64,000 nucleotides of DNA, from NCBI RefSeq assembly GCF_006345805.1, contig NC_042999.1:47678001-47742000 (forward strand), written 5' to 3'. Both the position numbers and the translations under genes were made by a program. This DNA is from Octopus sinensis. Taxonomy: Eukaryota. This document shows positions 42,718 to 55,877 of the stretch, piece by piece. The notes below the pieces were generated by a model. That model searched no databases and was not told the DNA's origin. It saw nothing but the letters and a program-made list of their open reading frames with translations. Numbering within the stretch: the first letter of the stretch is position 1; every line of letters starts with the position of its first letter.

Positions 42718-43335
42718 TCCAGCATGGCCACAGTCTATGACTGAAACTGATAAGATAATAATGGAATTATATAAACATGATGACAGCTGGTTAGCCGTCA
42801 CTTCGAAGTCACTGTGAAACTTGTCCTTGTAAAAATTAACCTTATGCACTTCACTAAAAAGTATTGAGTAATCCTTCAGTTTGAGTTAAACTGTTTATGT
42901 ATATAACTTGACGTAAAAACCAACATTAATATAAATATATATAAATAAATATGTTTGTTGTTCACACACCTGTCTTTTGTTTTCGTTTTTTTTTTTTTTG
43001 TAAGGTATTTATATAAAATTTCATTGACGTTTCCTCAAAGTTATGGGGAAGGAAATTAAACCTTGTGAATTTTCAGAAGTCCTCTCCCTACCCACAAAAA
43101 AAGATTTTCCCAGCAAATTTCTTTGTAATCGAAATCTATGCCGTTTGAAAGGTATTTATATAAAATGTCATTAAAAACACCAATTTTTCTAAAAGTTATG
43201 AGGTAAAAACTCGGATCTTGTGAATTTTCTGAAAGTCCTCTCCCCACCCCAATTGCTTTGCGGGTATCTTTCTTTTCATATTCGTTTCATACACATTTCT
43301 TTAACAGACGTTGCACTGTGTTTTTTTCTTCTTGT
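41765..43335. mobile_element. Foldback/MITE-like element with ~330-bp modular inverted repeats
   Basis: 41765-42100 is a diverged reverse complement of 43000-43335; each arm has two ~160-bp units (ggacttt..gaaattca.aagatccgagtttt...ataacttt...aattttatat). Confidence 0.65.
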
Positions 43336-43340
43336 TTGGA

Positions 43341-43386
<46 letters not shown>

Positions 43387-43418
43387 AATGAAATAAAAAA
43401 CAGAACACAAAGGATGTC

Positions 43419-43510
43419 GCGGTACACGTGTTTCGAGCTTTATAAAACAACTTATTCTTACATCAATGTATAATCGACATAACAGATGGTTTAAAGCCCT
43501 CTTCAGCCGC
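43419..43510 (-). ncRNA. Minimal type I hammerhead ribozyme with long loop II (element E)
   Basis: Reverse complement: gcgg CTGAAGA gggcttta [~53 nt] taaagctc GAAA cacgtg TA ccgc; canonical core, G10.1-C11.1, palindromic stem III ACACGTGT; ~35 nt from a (TA)n tract. Confidence 0.8.
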
Positions 43511-43698
43511 ATGCAATTGCTACACCAAAGAACATTTGGTATTATTTATAATGGCAGGTATATTGAGTTTCACTGAGAAAGTATGTTTGTAAATCTTCCT
43601 AATAAAATAGGTGTACAGGGTATTATTGGACTTCCAAAATCCGTCCATATTGTATCATCAGTCAATACAGAGTGAATGTTATACATACATACATACAA

Positions 43699-43790
<92 letters not shown>

Positions 43791-43804
43791 TGTGTGTGTA
43801 TAGC

Positions 43805-43878
43805 CGCAGGAGTAGCTGTGTGGTAATTAACTTGCTTACCAATCCACATGGTTCCGACTGCAACAAGTAAAGAGTAAA
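43805..43878 (+). mobile_element. SINE family 2, head fused to tail
   Basis: gcaggagtagctgtgtggtaattaacttgcttaccaatccacatggttcc joined to gactgcaacaagtaaagagtaaa. Confidence 0.65.
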
Positions 43879-44150
43879 TTGTGTGTGTGTGTGCGTGCGT
43901 GCGGTCTCTTTAAAACTTAATCAATGTTCAGTCATCTATGTCTTATCAATGTGTCAACAGAAAATATCTTTTTGATTGAGGTAACTGATTTAACCCTGAT
44001 TTACCATAGTTTGAATTATACTGGTATTCATTGAAAGTACACAGACAGTTACACAGATGAGCACAGGGAATCTTCCAGGCAAAAAACATAGTGGATGGAT
44101 GTAGTACCATATAAATTTCATGTGTGTGTGTGTATCAGTGTATGTATATT

Positions 44151-44380
44151 TTTCTTTATTGCCCATAAGGAGCTAAACATAGAGGGGACAAACAAGGACA
44201 GACAAAGGGATTAAGTCGATTACATCGACTCCAGTGCGTGACTGGTACTTTATTTATCGACCACGAAAGGATGAAAGGCAAAGTCGACCTCGGCAGAATT
44301 TGAACTCAGAACGTAACGACAGACGAAATACCGCTAAGCATTTCGCCCGGCGCGCTAACGTTTCCGTCACCTCGCCGCCT
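44151..44380 (-). mobile_element. SINE family 1 with target-site duplication
   Basis: Full-length match; TSD tatcagtgtatgt at 44133-44145 and 44382-44394. Confidence 0.92.
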
Positions 44381-45051
44381 ATATCAGTGTATGTGTAAGA
44401 TTCCGTATATGCATATTGAATGAAGAATGGAATGTGGAAGAAAGCGAATGACAGCAAAATAATTATTTCATGTATATTGAAAGGAACAATCGATTTCATA
44501 AAATAACGATTCTTTTCTTTCACACAACAATAGAAGGTTTGCAGGGTCGTTAGCTTACAACCGGGTGAATAGAAGAATAAAGTAGCATAAATGTCATTAT
44601 TCTTTTGTCACTTTGTGTAGCACATGTCTCATGTCTATAGATTCTGATGAGACTTTCAACAATGATGTTGTATTGGACTCTTATCTGTCTTCCATGCTCG
44701 AGTTTGTGTATAGAAACAATTAATGAAGCATTTTTGGAGATTACAAGTATATATAACTCCATGCATTGAGTGAGAATTTAAAGAATATAACCGTAAAATT
44801 ACTAAGTATACAATGAAATATAAATACCTATGCATATGTGTAGGAATACTCGCATTCATAAATGCATGCATTAGAGCATATGCGCAAGAGTATGTTTATA
44901 TAATATAATTCCTGTATCTATGTACATAGTTTTGCGTGAATGTACACGCTTCGCTACTTTTACCATTGTAAAAGTGAAAGCTGGATAAGCATGTGTATAT
45001 ACAAGATTGTGAATGGGTTTGTTTCTCTCTGTGGGTGTGTATATATATATA

Positions 45052-45096
<45 letters not shown>

Positions 45097-45585
45097 AGTG
45101 GGTGTATACATATAGGATAATACATGAAAAAACTACGAAATAATAAGATATGATTTATTATTACATATACCATACATGATTTTGATGCAATCGGGACGAC
45201 GTTGATTTCTGTCTTTGATGAAGAAGATAAGGTCTCGGAGGAGAACAAAAACGAAGACAGAATTTAATAAATGGTGTATCATCACGTTATAATATCACAC
45301 TGTCTTGGTCCTTTTATCCTAGTTACCAGTACCGGAGCAAAAGACGATCACAATCATTTCAGTCGTAACCAGTCATTTTCCTGTTTTCTGCATATCGTGC
45401 ACACGGGATTACAAAAGAATAACTTAAATTATTTCATCTTATTTACATGCTAATTGTCTATCTTTTAGTGCTAATAATATGATTTATTCGCTTAACTGTT
45501 TATATGCATTGTCAGGCTTAGGGTTGCTGTGTATATTCTACTCAAGTTATTTTGTAATGAGAGACTTTTAATGCACCACTAGTAA

Positions 45586-45815
45586 GGCGGCGAGCTGGCA
45601 GAAACGTTAGCACGCCAGGCGAAACGCTTAGCCGTATTTCGTCTGCCGTTACGTTCTGAGTTCAAATTCCGCCGAGGTCAACTTTGCCTTTCATTCTTTC
45701 GGGGTCGATAAATAAAGTACCAGTTACGCACTGGGGTCGATGTAATCGATTTAATCACTTGGTCTGTCTTTGCTTGCCCCCCTCTATGTTTAGCCCTTTG
45801 TTGGCAATAAAAAAA
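45586..45815 (+). mobile_element. SINE family 1 with target-site duplication
   Basis: Full-length match; flanks taatgcaccactagt and taatacaccactggt. Confidence 0.92.
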
Positions 45816-46344
45816 TATAATACACCACTGGTCAACGTTATTTGTTCACTCTCTCCTTTCTCGACGTCCCTACAATCTCTCTATCCAAAACCTCACCTGC
45901 CTTACTATCTATGCAATTAAAGGTTATTCGAAAATATTTCCATGCCGAAGTTTTGGAAACAAACAATCTACCCACCACCAACCAACATAAGATTATCGTC
46001 TTGTCAAATTACAGAAAACAATTGAAAACATCATGTGTTTTTCGAATGGTTTGTTTCCAAACACGCTGACAATGTCCATACGTATCTTATATAAACTGGA
46101 TTCATAATTCTTGAAGTTGTTGATCATGATAATTCCGAGACAAAATTATAGCTTTCTTCGAAAATTGAAGACATGGTTCAGTAAAATGTCGTATATATTT
46201 CACATTCACACAGACTCACACACACACACACACACATACAGAGCCACATGTAAAAGCGTGTGTATGCATCAAACATATACCAAACACAAACACGCACACA
46301 CATGTATATACATACATATATATTTTTTTATTTTTTGATTTGTG

Positions 46345-46506
46345 TCTGTCATTTGACTGCGGCCATCCTGGAGCACCACCTTTAGTCAAGGAAATTGTAT
46401 TTTGGCCGAACCGCTAAGTTACGGGTAAGTAAACACACCAGCAGCGGTTGTCAAGCGATGTTGGGGACACACACACAAACATATTTACACACACACGCAC
46501 ACACAC

Positions 46507-46548
<42 letters not shown>

Positions 46549-46742
46549 TATATATATATTATATATATACTTATATACATATATACGACGGGCTTCTTTC
46601 AGTTTCCGTCTACCAAATCTATTCACAAGGATTTGGTCAGCCTGAAGCTATAGTAGAAAACACTTGCCCAAGGTGCCACGCAGTGGTACTGAACCCAGAA
46701 CCATGTGGTTGGTAAGCAAGCTACTTACCACACAGCCACTCT
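46345..46742 (-). mobile_element. SINE family 2
   Basis: Reverse-complement match with a small internal deletion; internal (CA)/(TA) tract. Confidence 0.9.
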
Positions 46743-46920
46743 TGTATGTGTGTATATATAAAGAAGTGTGGGCAGCCGTGACCCCATAGTGCATGCAATA
46801 ATCTATGGAAAAACAAAGAAACAGCTATTTTCTTGTGAGTACAGTGTAAGTTTGTCCTGTGATTTTCTGAAATATATACACATGTACACATGCATCCTGA
46901 GATTTTCTTAAATTAAATAA

Positions 46921-47282
46921 GGCGGCGATCTGGCAGAAACGATAGCACGCCGGTCGAAATGCGTAGCCGTATTTCGTCCGCCGTTACGTTCTGAGTTCAA
47001 ATTCCGCCGAGGTCGACTTTGCCTTTCATCCTTTCGGGGTCGATAAATTAAGTACCAGTTACGCACTGGGGTCGATGTAATCGACATGATCCGTTTGTCT
47101 GTCCTGGTTTGTCTCCTCTTTGTTTGGCCCCTTGTGGGTAAGAAATAAATAGGTATTTCGTCTGTCTTTATGTTCTGAGGTTAAATTTCAAGGGGGTCAG
47201 CTTTGCTTTGCATTTTATTCTATCGACGTCTTTTGCCGAACCGCTAAGTTACGGAGACGTAAACACAGTAGCATCGTCTGTC
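46921..47282 (+). mobile_element. SINE family 1 (46921-47150), then a partial family 1 repeat and a family 2 fragment
   Basis: Full copy, then ggtatttcgtctgtctttatgttctgagg..., then ttttgccgaaccgctaagttacgg (family 2, - strand). Confidence 0.85.
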
Positions 47283-47379
47283 ATTTGTTATCTTTTCATA
47301 CAATCCCTAGATCATGCAACTAGAAAAGTAATCCTATAGAATGTCACTGTTCGAGGTAGAAGCACTGTTCGTTGCCCCC

Positions 47380-47620
47380 TTTTTAAAGCCTAGCCAGTCT
47401 CATGGGCCTTGATTCCCGGTTTCAATGGTGTATGTGTTCCCCAACTGGACGGGACGCCACTCCATCGCTGCGTTACTCATTTTTGCCAGCTGAGTGGACT
47501 GGAGCAACGTGAAATGAAGTGTTTTGCTCAAGACACAACGCGTCGCCCGGCCCAGAAATTGAAACCACAATCTTACGATCATGATGCTGGCACCCTAACC
47601 ACTAAACCACGCACCTCCAC
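47380..47620 (-). mobile_element. SINE family 3 variant (same head and core as 12718 copy, different tail)
   Basis: Shares actcatttttgccagctgagtggactggagcaacgtgaaat...ccctaaccactaa.ccacgc. Confidence 0.85.
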
Positions 47621-48244
47621 AGAAGCAGTGTACGAACCAAAAAGTAATATTTTCTAACGGAGTTATGTTGTAGTTAAAAGACCAGTGATTGTATGACACC
47701 GTATTTTATTGATATTGCAAGTGACGTCAGACCAATGCCAAGCCTAACCAACAACGTCAAACTGATGCCGTACGTTGCGAACTGACGTGATTCAATAAGA
47801 TCAAAATCAGGTGATCTTGTGGTCTCGGTGAATATCTCCTGCTTGCTGTGAACATTGAGTGCAAAAGTAAACTGAATAAACCAGCTACAGGTGATAACTT
47901 TCTGGGTTTAACATACCAGTATCGTCGGTTCTCTGAGAGCACCCACGTTAAAGTGAAGATAAATACTACTTTCATATATATATATAAGTCACTATTAGGG
48001 ATAAAAATGAAAAATATAAACATTTACTATCTAACTTTTGGACCATGGTTTCAGACTTTTTGTAGCAAATGAAATAATTTGCTAGGCGAAGTGTACTTCA
48101 GCAGGCACACTTTAGATTAAACATACATACACGACGCAATCCAGTATATGCCCCGTGCTTATACATCCTAATTTTTCAATTCTAACGCGCAAGCGCAGCT
48201 CCTTATCGGCATTGAATTAAAATGCCAGCTTTTCAATTTTATGT

Positions 48245-48680
48245 GTTTAAATATACACTGTATTTATAAGAATAATATAGAGTCTATTGACGAAATTTTT
48301 ACACGCTAAGCCACTGGTAGTAGAAATTTTTAATATTTCTTATTACACTTGATATTATTAATTATTTATAATTTTTCTGGATAATTCCTAGCTAATTTCG
48401 CCTAGTAAATTATTTCATTTGCTTAAAATGTCTGAAGCCACGGTCCAGGAATTAGATGGTAAATGTTTTTATTTTCCATTCCCTTCGAAGTTTTATCACT
48501 GATAGTGGTTTGGAATTTAACTGTTCTTTCTAGCGTGTATGATGAATGCCTCTTAGTTGTTTAAATGTACGCTGTGTTTATATGAATAACACATAGTCAA
48601 CTGATTAAATTTTTACACGCTAGGCCACTGGTAGGAGAAATTCCTAATATTTCTTATTACCCTTGATATCATTAATTATA
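48245..48680. repeat. Two ~120-bp direct repeats about 315 bp apart
   Basis: gtttaaat.tac.ctgt.tttata...aaatttttacacgcta.gccactggtag.agaaatt..taatatttcttattac.cttgatat.attaattat at 48245 and 48560. Confidence 0.8.
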
Positions 48681-48682
48681 CA

Positions 48683-48709
<27 letters not shown>

Positions 48710-48725
<16 letters not shown>

Positions 48726-49093
48726 GGCAGTTTGTCTGTGCGTGTTTCTGTGTGTCTGTTTGCTTGTACCCTCACCCTGACCACGGCTTTCAACCGATTC
48801 TGATGAAACTTGACACACACATAGCCCAATGTCATAATTCAAAACTAACGCAGCGAAAATTTTGAAAAGTTCCCCCAGTTCTGAAAAAAATCAATAAATT
48901 CGACATGGGGTCTAGAATCAGAAACACAAACCGCAAACTGTCTAGGGGACGCAACTCCACCTTTTTTAACTAAAAAAAAAATTTACCATCATCTTTTTTC
49001 CATTGTTTTTGCTATTTTTTGGCTATAACTCTCTAAAAATGCTTTATAGTTATTTCCCTTACAAACCTGTGCAACGCCGGGCGATACTGCTAG
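48710..49093 (+). mobile_element. Non-autonomous Helitron
   Basis: tatatataaa...gtttgtctgt...aaccgattctgatgaaacttg 5' module; 3' gcaacgccgggcgatactgCTAG|T end like that at 36758-36781; 5' end lost in (TA)n. Confidence 0.7.
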
Positions 49094-51476
49094 TATATAT
49101 ATATATACACGCACGCAGGTATTTCTGTTCTTTCCATTGATATATTTTGCTCTGTCGCTTTTTCAAAGAAGACAGTTGAGGGTAAGTCATATTTCTCATC
49201 ATTGCTAATCTGTTTAAGGCGCTTTATTATCTGACATTGAAAATATCTGGAGCTCCATGAATGATAGCATTAACTCTGCTCGTTTGTGCTAATTTATTTA
49301 GCATAGTAACTATTATGATGCCAACTATGATTAATTATTTTGCGGAATGGTAGAAGAAAAACGGCTGATAATATTTTAAATAATTTTCAAATTACTTCAG
49401 ACTGATGTTGACATGTTTCCGTTTCATAGATCCTCCTCACTGAAGCATATTATTCATGTCTTTGATGAAGTGGTAATGAGAGAGACTGTATATATTGGTG
49501 ATATTTTAGACTGATCGCATTAATCACTAAGTGGTATTGTCTTTATTCCCCTGTTCCAGTTTGGATTATACAATTACTGCGCTTAATTTCTATAGAATAC
49601 AGGCAATAGATTTCAAATGAAAATCTCACAGACTGACAAACACACACACCAACACACATGCACTAACACTCACACACGTACATGCACAAAGATTCAATGA
49701 TTATATATATCGATACCTATCTACAAACCCCCACACATACACACACACACAAGATCATTATAGTTATGAATAATGTATGTTGTATGTCATATTCTGCTCA
49801 GGCAGAGTAGTTGGTAGAGGAGTAGTTAACTCACCATGTAATCTACGCATTATTGTTTGGCTATATTGTGTTCACGTGGCAAATAAAATCCAGGAAGAAT
49901 GTCTTTCAATTTCTGCGGTCATGGAATTTGAATTTACCTTTGAATGCTGTGCTCAACTTTAAAACCTTTAACTAATTATTAATACTAAATTGATACTATA
50001 ACCATAATTATCTAGTATTAAGCTAAGATTCATTAATATTCATTGATATCAAATACCATCAATGTTTGACGGTAGATGATGTAGCTATGATGACTAAGCA
50101 TTTAGATGACCTTTTGTGATGACCAAATCTTTAGTAAATTCTTAGATAGATACAGAAGTTACGTTCTCATTACACAAGATAAATTTTGAATGATACGTAT
50201 CTGTTTTCAATTCTTACCCAAATAATTCATTTTCAATTTTTCAAAACTCAACAGTGTTGTCTTTTTTTTTTTTTTTGTTTTCACGTATATACGAATCTCC
50301 TGAACTTTATTTACATTTGCACGTTCTCCTGAACTTTAAATACATTTGCACGTTAAAATAGGAATTATTTGTTGTAACGTTATAGTATGATTTGAAAATA
50401 TGCCTTCGTATTCATGTTTTATTTCAGGTCATGTTCCCTATCATAACTGGTGTATTCTGAATTTATTCAAGAGATTTATGAAAACACATTATGTATTATT
50501 TACTAAAGAATATGACAAGAATCATGCCAGTAAAACATTAAGAAAATATAATTCCAAAATTACCATTTATAAATTTTAATAATAAATATTTTGTAGTAAA
50601 ATGAAATAATATATATATAATTGCTGAGCATATTATAACAGCCGATAGTTTTATTGCTAAGGCGATTATATAATTCAAAACAAGATTTAAGTATTCTTTC
50701 ATAATTGAACGCCATATAAAATACTTGATATTATTGAAATTTAGATATCATACGAAGTTTGAATCGCTGATGTTGTTTACAGATATTGCTGAATAAAAAG
50801 TTTCGAGGAGTTATTGATTACATTTCAAGGAAGGAATCTCAAACCATGCAATAATATTCTAATTTTGTTGAATAACATCGATATGACCGAAAAAGAGGAA
50901 AACATTATTTTGCTATTATTCCATTTGTAGATAATACCTGATTTAGGAAAGCATCAAGTATGTTATTTATGCCTTTAGTGTCTGATTTGCATAGAAAGTT
51001 GTAATGTTATGGACCTTCATATTTGCATGATTTTATGTTACGCTGTCTTGTTTGTGTATCTCTTTATCGAATGAATGCAAAGTTGTTATCTCGTAAGTCT
51101 AATGAAGTAAACTTATTATATCATACCTGACAGACGCAGTCAAGTCGTTTGATAAGGAGGACCACTTATAATATTTTTCGTCCAAGCATATACATAGAAG
51201 CACGTTCACATATATGTATATCTATCACTAACCCTAATCATCTATATTTTTACACACACAAACACACTTACACACACGTAGAAAGACACACACACGGACA
51301 CGCACACGCAGGCACACGCACACACAAGCAAATACATATTTAGACAGAGATAGATAGACACAGATATATAGATGTACGAATGTATGTTATTAAATTCAAC
51401 CTATTTGTTACCTGGTATCTATCTCTGTATCTATCTCTCCATATCTCCATCTGTATATATATATATATATATATAT

Positions 51477-51858
51477 CGATGGGCGAATGAATTATCCTAT
51501 GTTTACCGTCAACATGGACAATTCGATGAACCGATACCAGGGTAGCAAATTCACGTCAGAAACACGGTTGAAGGTAGAATCTCCGGGTTCATATGCAGAA
51601 ATTTGTGTGTTATATATGAATAAATAAATAAATGGAGTTGAACTAAGATGTTAATAAAATTCCTTTACTTTCGACATATGTTTCGAAGACAAAAGGGTTT
51701 TATTCCAAAGGAATGAACGGTGAAAGATGCAATCTTCTCATGAGGAAAGAAAGGGAGCCTTTCTCAACAAGACAATATAATAATTACGATGACTCATGCT
51801 ATATGTCGAAAGTAAAGGAATATTATTAAAATCTTCGTTCAACTCCATTTATTTATTT

Positions 51859-51861
<3 letters not shown>
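51477..51861. mobile_element. HHR foldback element D (short arms, long tail)
   Basis: Inverted arms 51619-51679 and 51801-51861; ~140-bp unpaired left tail; (TA)n on both sides. Confidence 0.75.
51668..51749 (-). ncRNA. Minimal hammerhead ribozyme with G5C core change (probably inactive)
   Basis: Reverse complement: ctttc CTCATGA gaaga [~43 nt] tcttc GAAA catatg TC gaaag; palindromic stem III ACATATGT. Confidence 0.7.
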
Positions 51862-51927
<66 letters not shown>

Positions 51928-52204
51928 TATGAACTTAAACTTAACTCACTTTTCAAGCTCACATTTCGACAGATGTTTGCTCTTGAGACACTTTCTTGCT
52001 CTCTTCTCTATCATTCTTAGCGTTCCATTGTATTTTATGTTTCTAACTATGATAGATATGTAAGTTGTCTGTCCCCACAATCCAAAATGGAAGGTATTAC
52101 TTACAGATAAACGACGTCTTGAAAAGAAGGATTCTACTCCAACGATTTGTAAAACCTTATAAATATTTCAATACTCATTCTGCGATTGATAATCTTTAAG
52201 TGAA

Positions 52205-52584
52205 CGACTGTTTCATCTCATACCTTGTTGTCAGCTGGGCATGCTGTGTCTATGATCCAGCATAGTTTGTTTTCTTTCTGAATTAAGACTATGTCCAGCT
52301 TCCTATTCTCAATCTCATGGTCGCACTGAATCATAAAATTCCATCGAATCATTGCATTTCTATTTTCGACAATGCCTTCAGATTTGTGGTCGTACCAATT
52401 TTTTCTCTCTCAAGTCCATACTTATTGCAAAGTGTCCAATGGACACGTCTAGCTATATTGTCGTGGCGCCTCTTATATTCCTTCTGGGTTTGTGGCGTAC
52501 ATTGGCTGGTAATATACCATACTGTTTCACCGTTTTGTCCACAGATTCTGCACTTATCACTTCCTGATGTGTTGTCTATTCTCT
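52205..52584 (-). mobile_element. RLE-type non-LTR retrotransposon fragment (R4/Dong-like, divergent family)
   Basis: Minus-strand translation DKCRICGQNGETVWYITSQC...KEYKRRHDNIARRVHWTLC...WNFMIQCDHEIENRKLDIVL...WIIDTACPAD; frameshifted. Confidence 0.85.
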
Positions 52585-53589
52585 AGAGGCGCAATCTTAT
52601 TAATACCAACTATTTCTTACCTTGGGAGTGCTGATCAAAAATCTTTTTGCAGTTGTGGAGATGATAGCATTGATCCAGCAGCGTTACTTTTGGTTCTAAG
52701 TAATTGTTATATATTGCGGTCTTCATTTGTTATTTATTATACAGTGGAGCCATTTGCACTTAATGTTAATAATCATATATATATACTTAAAACGACGTTT
52801 CTCAGTTACTATGATTTACAGGATAAAATTTAACCTAAGGACATCGGTAAAATTTGATAACTTAAGTATACTCCTATAACATTAAAGCCAATTTTAAGAT
52901 GCTTCCCCATATTTTTTTTCACTATATAACACGGAAAAAATGAAATAGTAAGCACAAATGTTAAGGAATCAAAATAGTTTGTATGTTGTGACTTCATGTG
53001 TGATAAGTATTTGAAGATATATATTTTTTCATATTTTAAAGCAAACTTAACTCCAAATATTTCAATGAATAATGTTACTATGGCATTACTTTTGCATATA
53101 TTTACATATATCTGGCACATTTTTACTATTTGGAGCTCGTGTAGATAAATAATATCAAAGAACTTGCTAAAAATATGTTAAATTTTTAAGTATTGCCCTG
53201 AATGTTTCTTGATTAAAAAGCTTAAACCCTGATTATGATAATTCCGGACGTATTCAAACGGCACTAAATCGATCAATCAAGCAATCATGCAAGCAATCGA
53301 TCAGTCAAGCATGCAGAAGTATCATATAATTTCTGGTAAGTATATTTTTGTTAGAGAATGGGATAGTAAGAGTGGAATAGTGTCGTTATTCTTAATTACG
53401 TAGCACATGAACTATTTTATAGTATGTGAAATAAACAATATTTCAATTGTGAATTGGAAGCCAAATAAAAATAACACTGTATTGTACATTACTTCTGTGT
53501 AGAGGACAATGACTTACGTGAAAATATCTTAGTTGTCAGTTGATTTCTAATTTAATTTTTCTGACGAGATTAATAAGAATAACAACCAC

Positions 53590-53652
<63 letters not shown>

Positions 53653-53654
<2 letters not shown>

Positions 53655-53984
53655 GCAACCATACTCTGGGATATGCCGATACACACAGATAGAGAAATTA
53701 AGGCCAACAGACCAGATATAGTTGTCAGAGATCATGAAGAAAAAAATGCTTTCTAATTGATGTATCAATACCGGCAGATGACAACGTGTCTCTAAAAGAA
53801 ATGGAGAAACTTTCAAAATACAAAGACCTGGAAATAGAGGTAACTAGAATGTGGAACCTGAAAACAGAAACAATTCTTATCATAGTAGGTGCATTAGGCA
53901 TGATAAAAAATATTCAGACAAATACATAACAAAAACACCAGGACTTACAAACACATATAACATACTATAAAAATAAAACTACTG
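53653..53984 (+). mobile_element. R4/Dong-like 3' fragment in (TAA)n
   Basis: Very similar to 58001-58472 but lacks ~137 bp before the ctataaaaataaaactactg end; (TAA)n on both sides. Confidence 0.9.
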
Positions 53985-53985
53985 G

Positions 53986-54069
<84 letters not shown>

Positions 54070-54070
54070 T

Positions 54071-54660
54071 TATACAAGCGGTATAATCACCACCCTGAGG
54101 CTGTAACTGAAGGAGAAAATGTAACCATTCTGTGGGACTTTCCAGTACATACAGACAGAACCATCAAGGCCAATAAACCAGATATTGTTGTGAAAGACCA
54201 AAACAATAAAGTTTGCTTATTGATCGACATGAGCATCCCCTGTGATCATAATATCTCAGCGAAAGAGTTTGACAAGCTCAGAAAATATAAAGACCTACTC
54301 ATTGAAATTGAGAAAATGTGGCATCTCAAGGCGGTTACAAAACCAGTGATCGTAGGAGCACTAGGAATGATCAAGAAGGGAACCGAAAATTATATGAGAA
54401 TGATCCATGGCTTACCATCCCTGCAAGAAGTGCAAAAGATTGTCTTAACTGGTACATCACACGTATTGAGAAGAGCATTGTCGATGTGAGAACTGTTGCT
54501 GCTCATGTATTTTAATTTAACTTAAAAAAAAAAAAAAATGAACGAACTACTGAGTTTGGTTTAATGGCCTACCAATGTATACTATGAGTTTCTTTGCCCT
54601 AGGAGTCAGGAAGACACTCGGCAAGAAATGGAAGCAAATTTGAAAGAAGAAAAAAAAAGT
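54071..54660 (+). mobile_element. R4/Dong-like 3' fragment, second family, in (TAA)n
   Basis: ILWDFPVHTDRTIKANKPDIVVKD...LLIDMSIPCDHNISAKEFDKLRKYKDL...PVIVGALG (RLE PD..D motif); distinct 3' UTR. Confidence 0.9.
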
Positions 54661-54692
54661 AATAATAATAATAATAATAACAATAATAATAA

Positions 54693-54723
<31 letters not shown>

Positions 54724-54845
54724 AAGAAGAAGAAAGAGAAGAAGAAGAGAAGAAGAAGAAGAAAGAAGAAGAAGAAGAAGAAGAAGAAGAAGAAGAAGAA
54801 GAAGAAGAAGAAGAAGAAGAAGAAGAAGAAGAAGAAGAAAAAGAA
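54660..54845. repeat. (AAT)n-(AAG)n microsatellite
   Basis: Seen directly. Confidence 0.95.
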
Positions 54846-54889
54846 TGAAAAGAAGAAAAGTGCCAACAAAACCTGTGATAAAAGGAAAT

Positions 54890-55265
54890 TCTTTTATTTG
54901 CTTCAGTCATTTGATTGCAGCCATGCTGGAGCACCGGCTTCAGTCGAACAAATCGACCCCAGCACTTATTCTTTGTAAGCCTAGTACTTATTCTATCGGT
55001 CACTTTGACGGAACTGCTATGTTTCACGGGCGTAAACACATAAGCATCAGTTGTGAAGCGATGTTGGTGGGATAAACACAGACACACAAACATATATACA
55101 TATATACACGTCGGGATTCTTTCCGTTTCCTTCTAACAAATCCACTCACAAGGCTTTGGTCGTTCCAAGGCTATAGTAGAGGACACCTATACAAGGTGCT
55201 AACGCAGTGGGACTGAATCCGGAATCGTGTGGTTGGTAAGCAATCTACTTACCTCACAACCACAC
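54890..55265 (-). mobile_element. SINE family 2
   Basis: Reverse-complement match over full length, moderately diverged. Confidence 0.85.
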
Positions 55266-55267
55266 CC

Positions 55268-55320
<53 letters not shown>

Positions 55321-55499
55321 TTTATTTTCCATTACCTTGAAGGATGGTGAACAATACGAAGACAGACGCAAAATGTGGGAGTTTACATATGAAATGAAAG
55401 CATAAGTAAATAACAAAAGAAAAAAAGATAAGTATACACGCTATACAATGAAAAGGAAGCGAAATATACTTAGTATACAAATATTACAAAAAAAATCTT

Positions 55500-55705
55500 T
55501 TCTGCTAAAAGCACAAAGGCTGGAATTTGAAGGAGGGTTAAATCGATGACATCGATTCCAGACCGTAAGTTGTACTTAATCGAAGACGAATGGAAGAAAA
55601 ACAAAATCGAGCACGGCAGAATTTGAACTCAAAACATAAAGACAGACAAAATACCGCTGAGCATTTCGTCCGGCGTGCTAACGATTCTGCCAACTTATCG
55701 CCTTA
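55500..55705 (-). mobile_element. SINE family 1-related, older subfamily (another partial copy at 55930-56060)
   Basis: gaatttgaactc...aaataccgctgagcatttcgtccggcgtgctaacgattctgcc. Confidence 0.75.
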
Positions 55706-55711
55706 ATAATG

Positions 55712-55782
<71 letters not shown>

Positions 55783-55820
55783 GATAATAATAATAATAAT
55801 AATGATAATAATGATGATGG

Positions 55821-55877
<57 letters not shown>

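Noticed and set aside
50297-50355. Short tandem duplications (29 bp here; ~26 bp at 36879; ~37 bp at 4036)
   Set aside because: Two-copy slippage products with no spacer structure, so not CRISPR-like.
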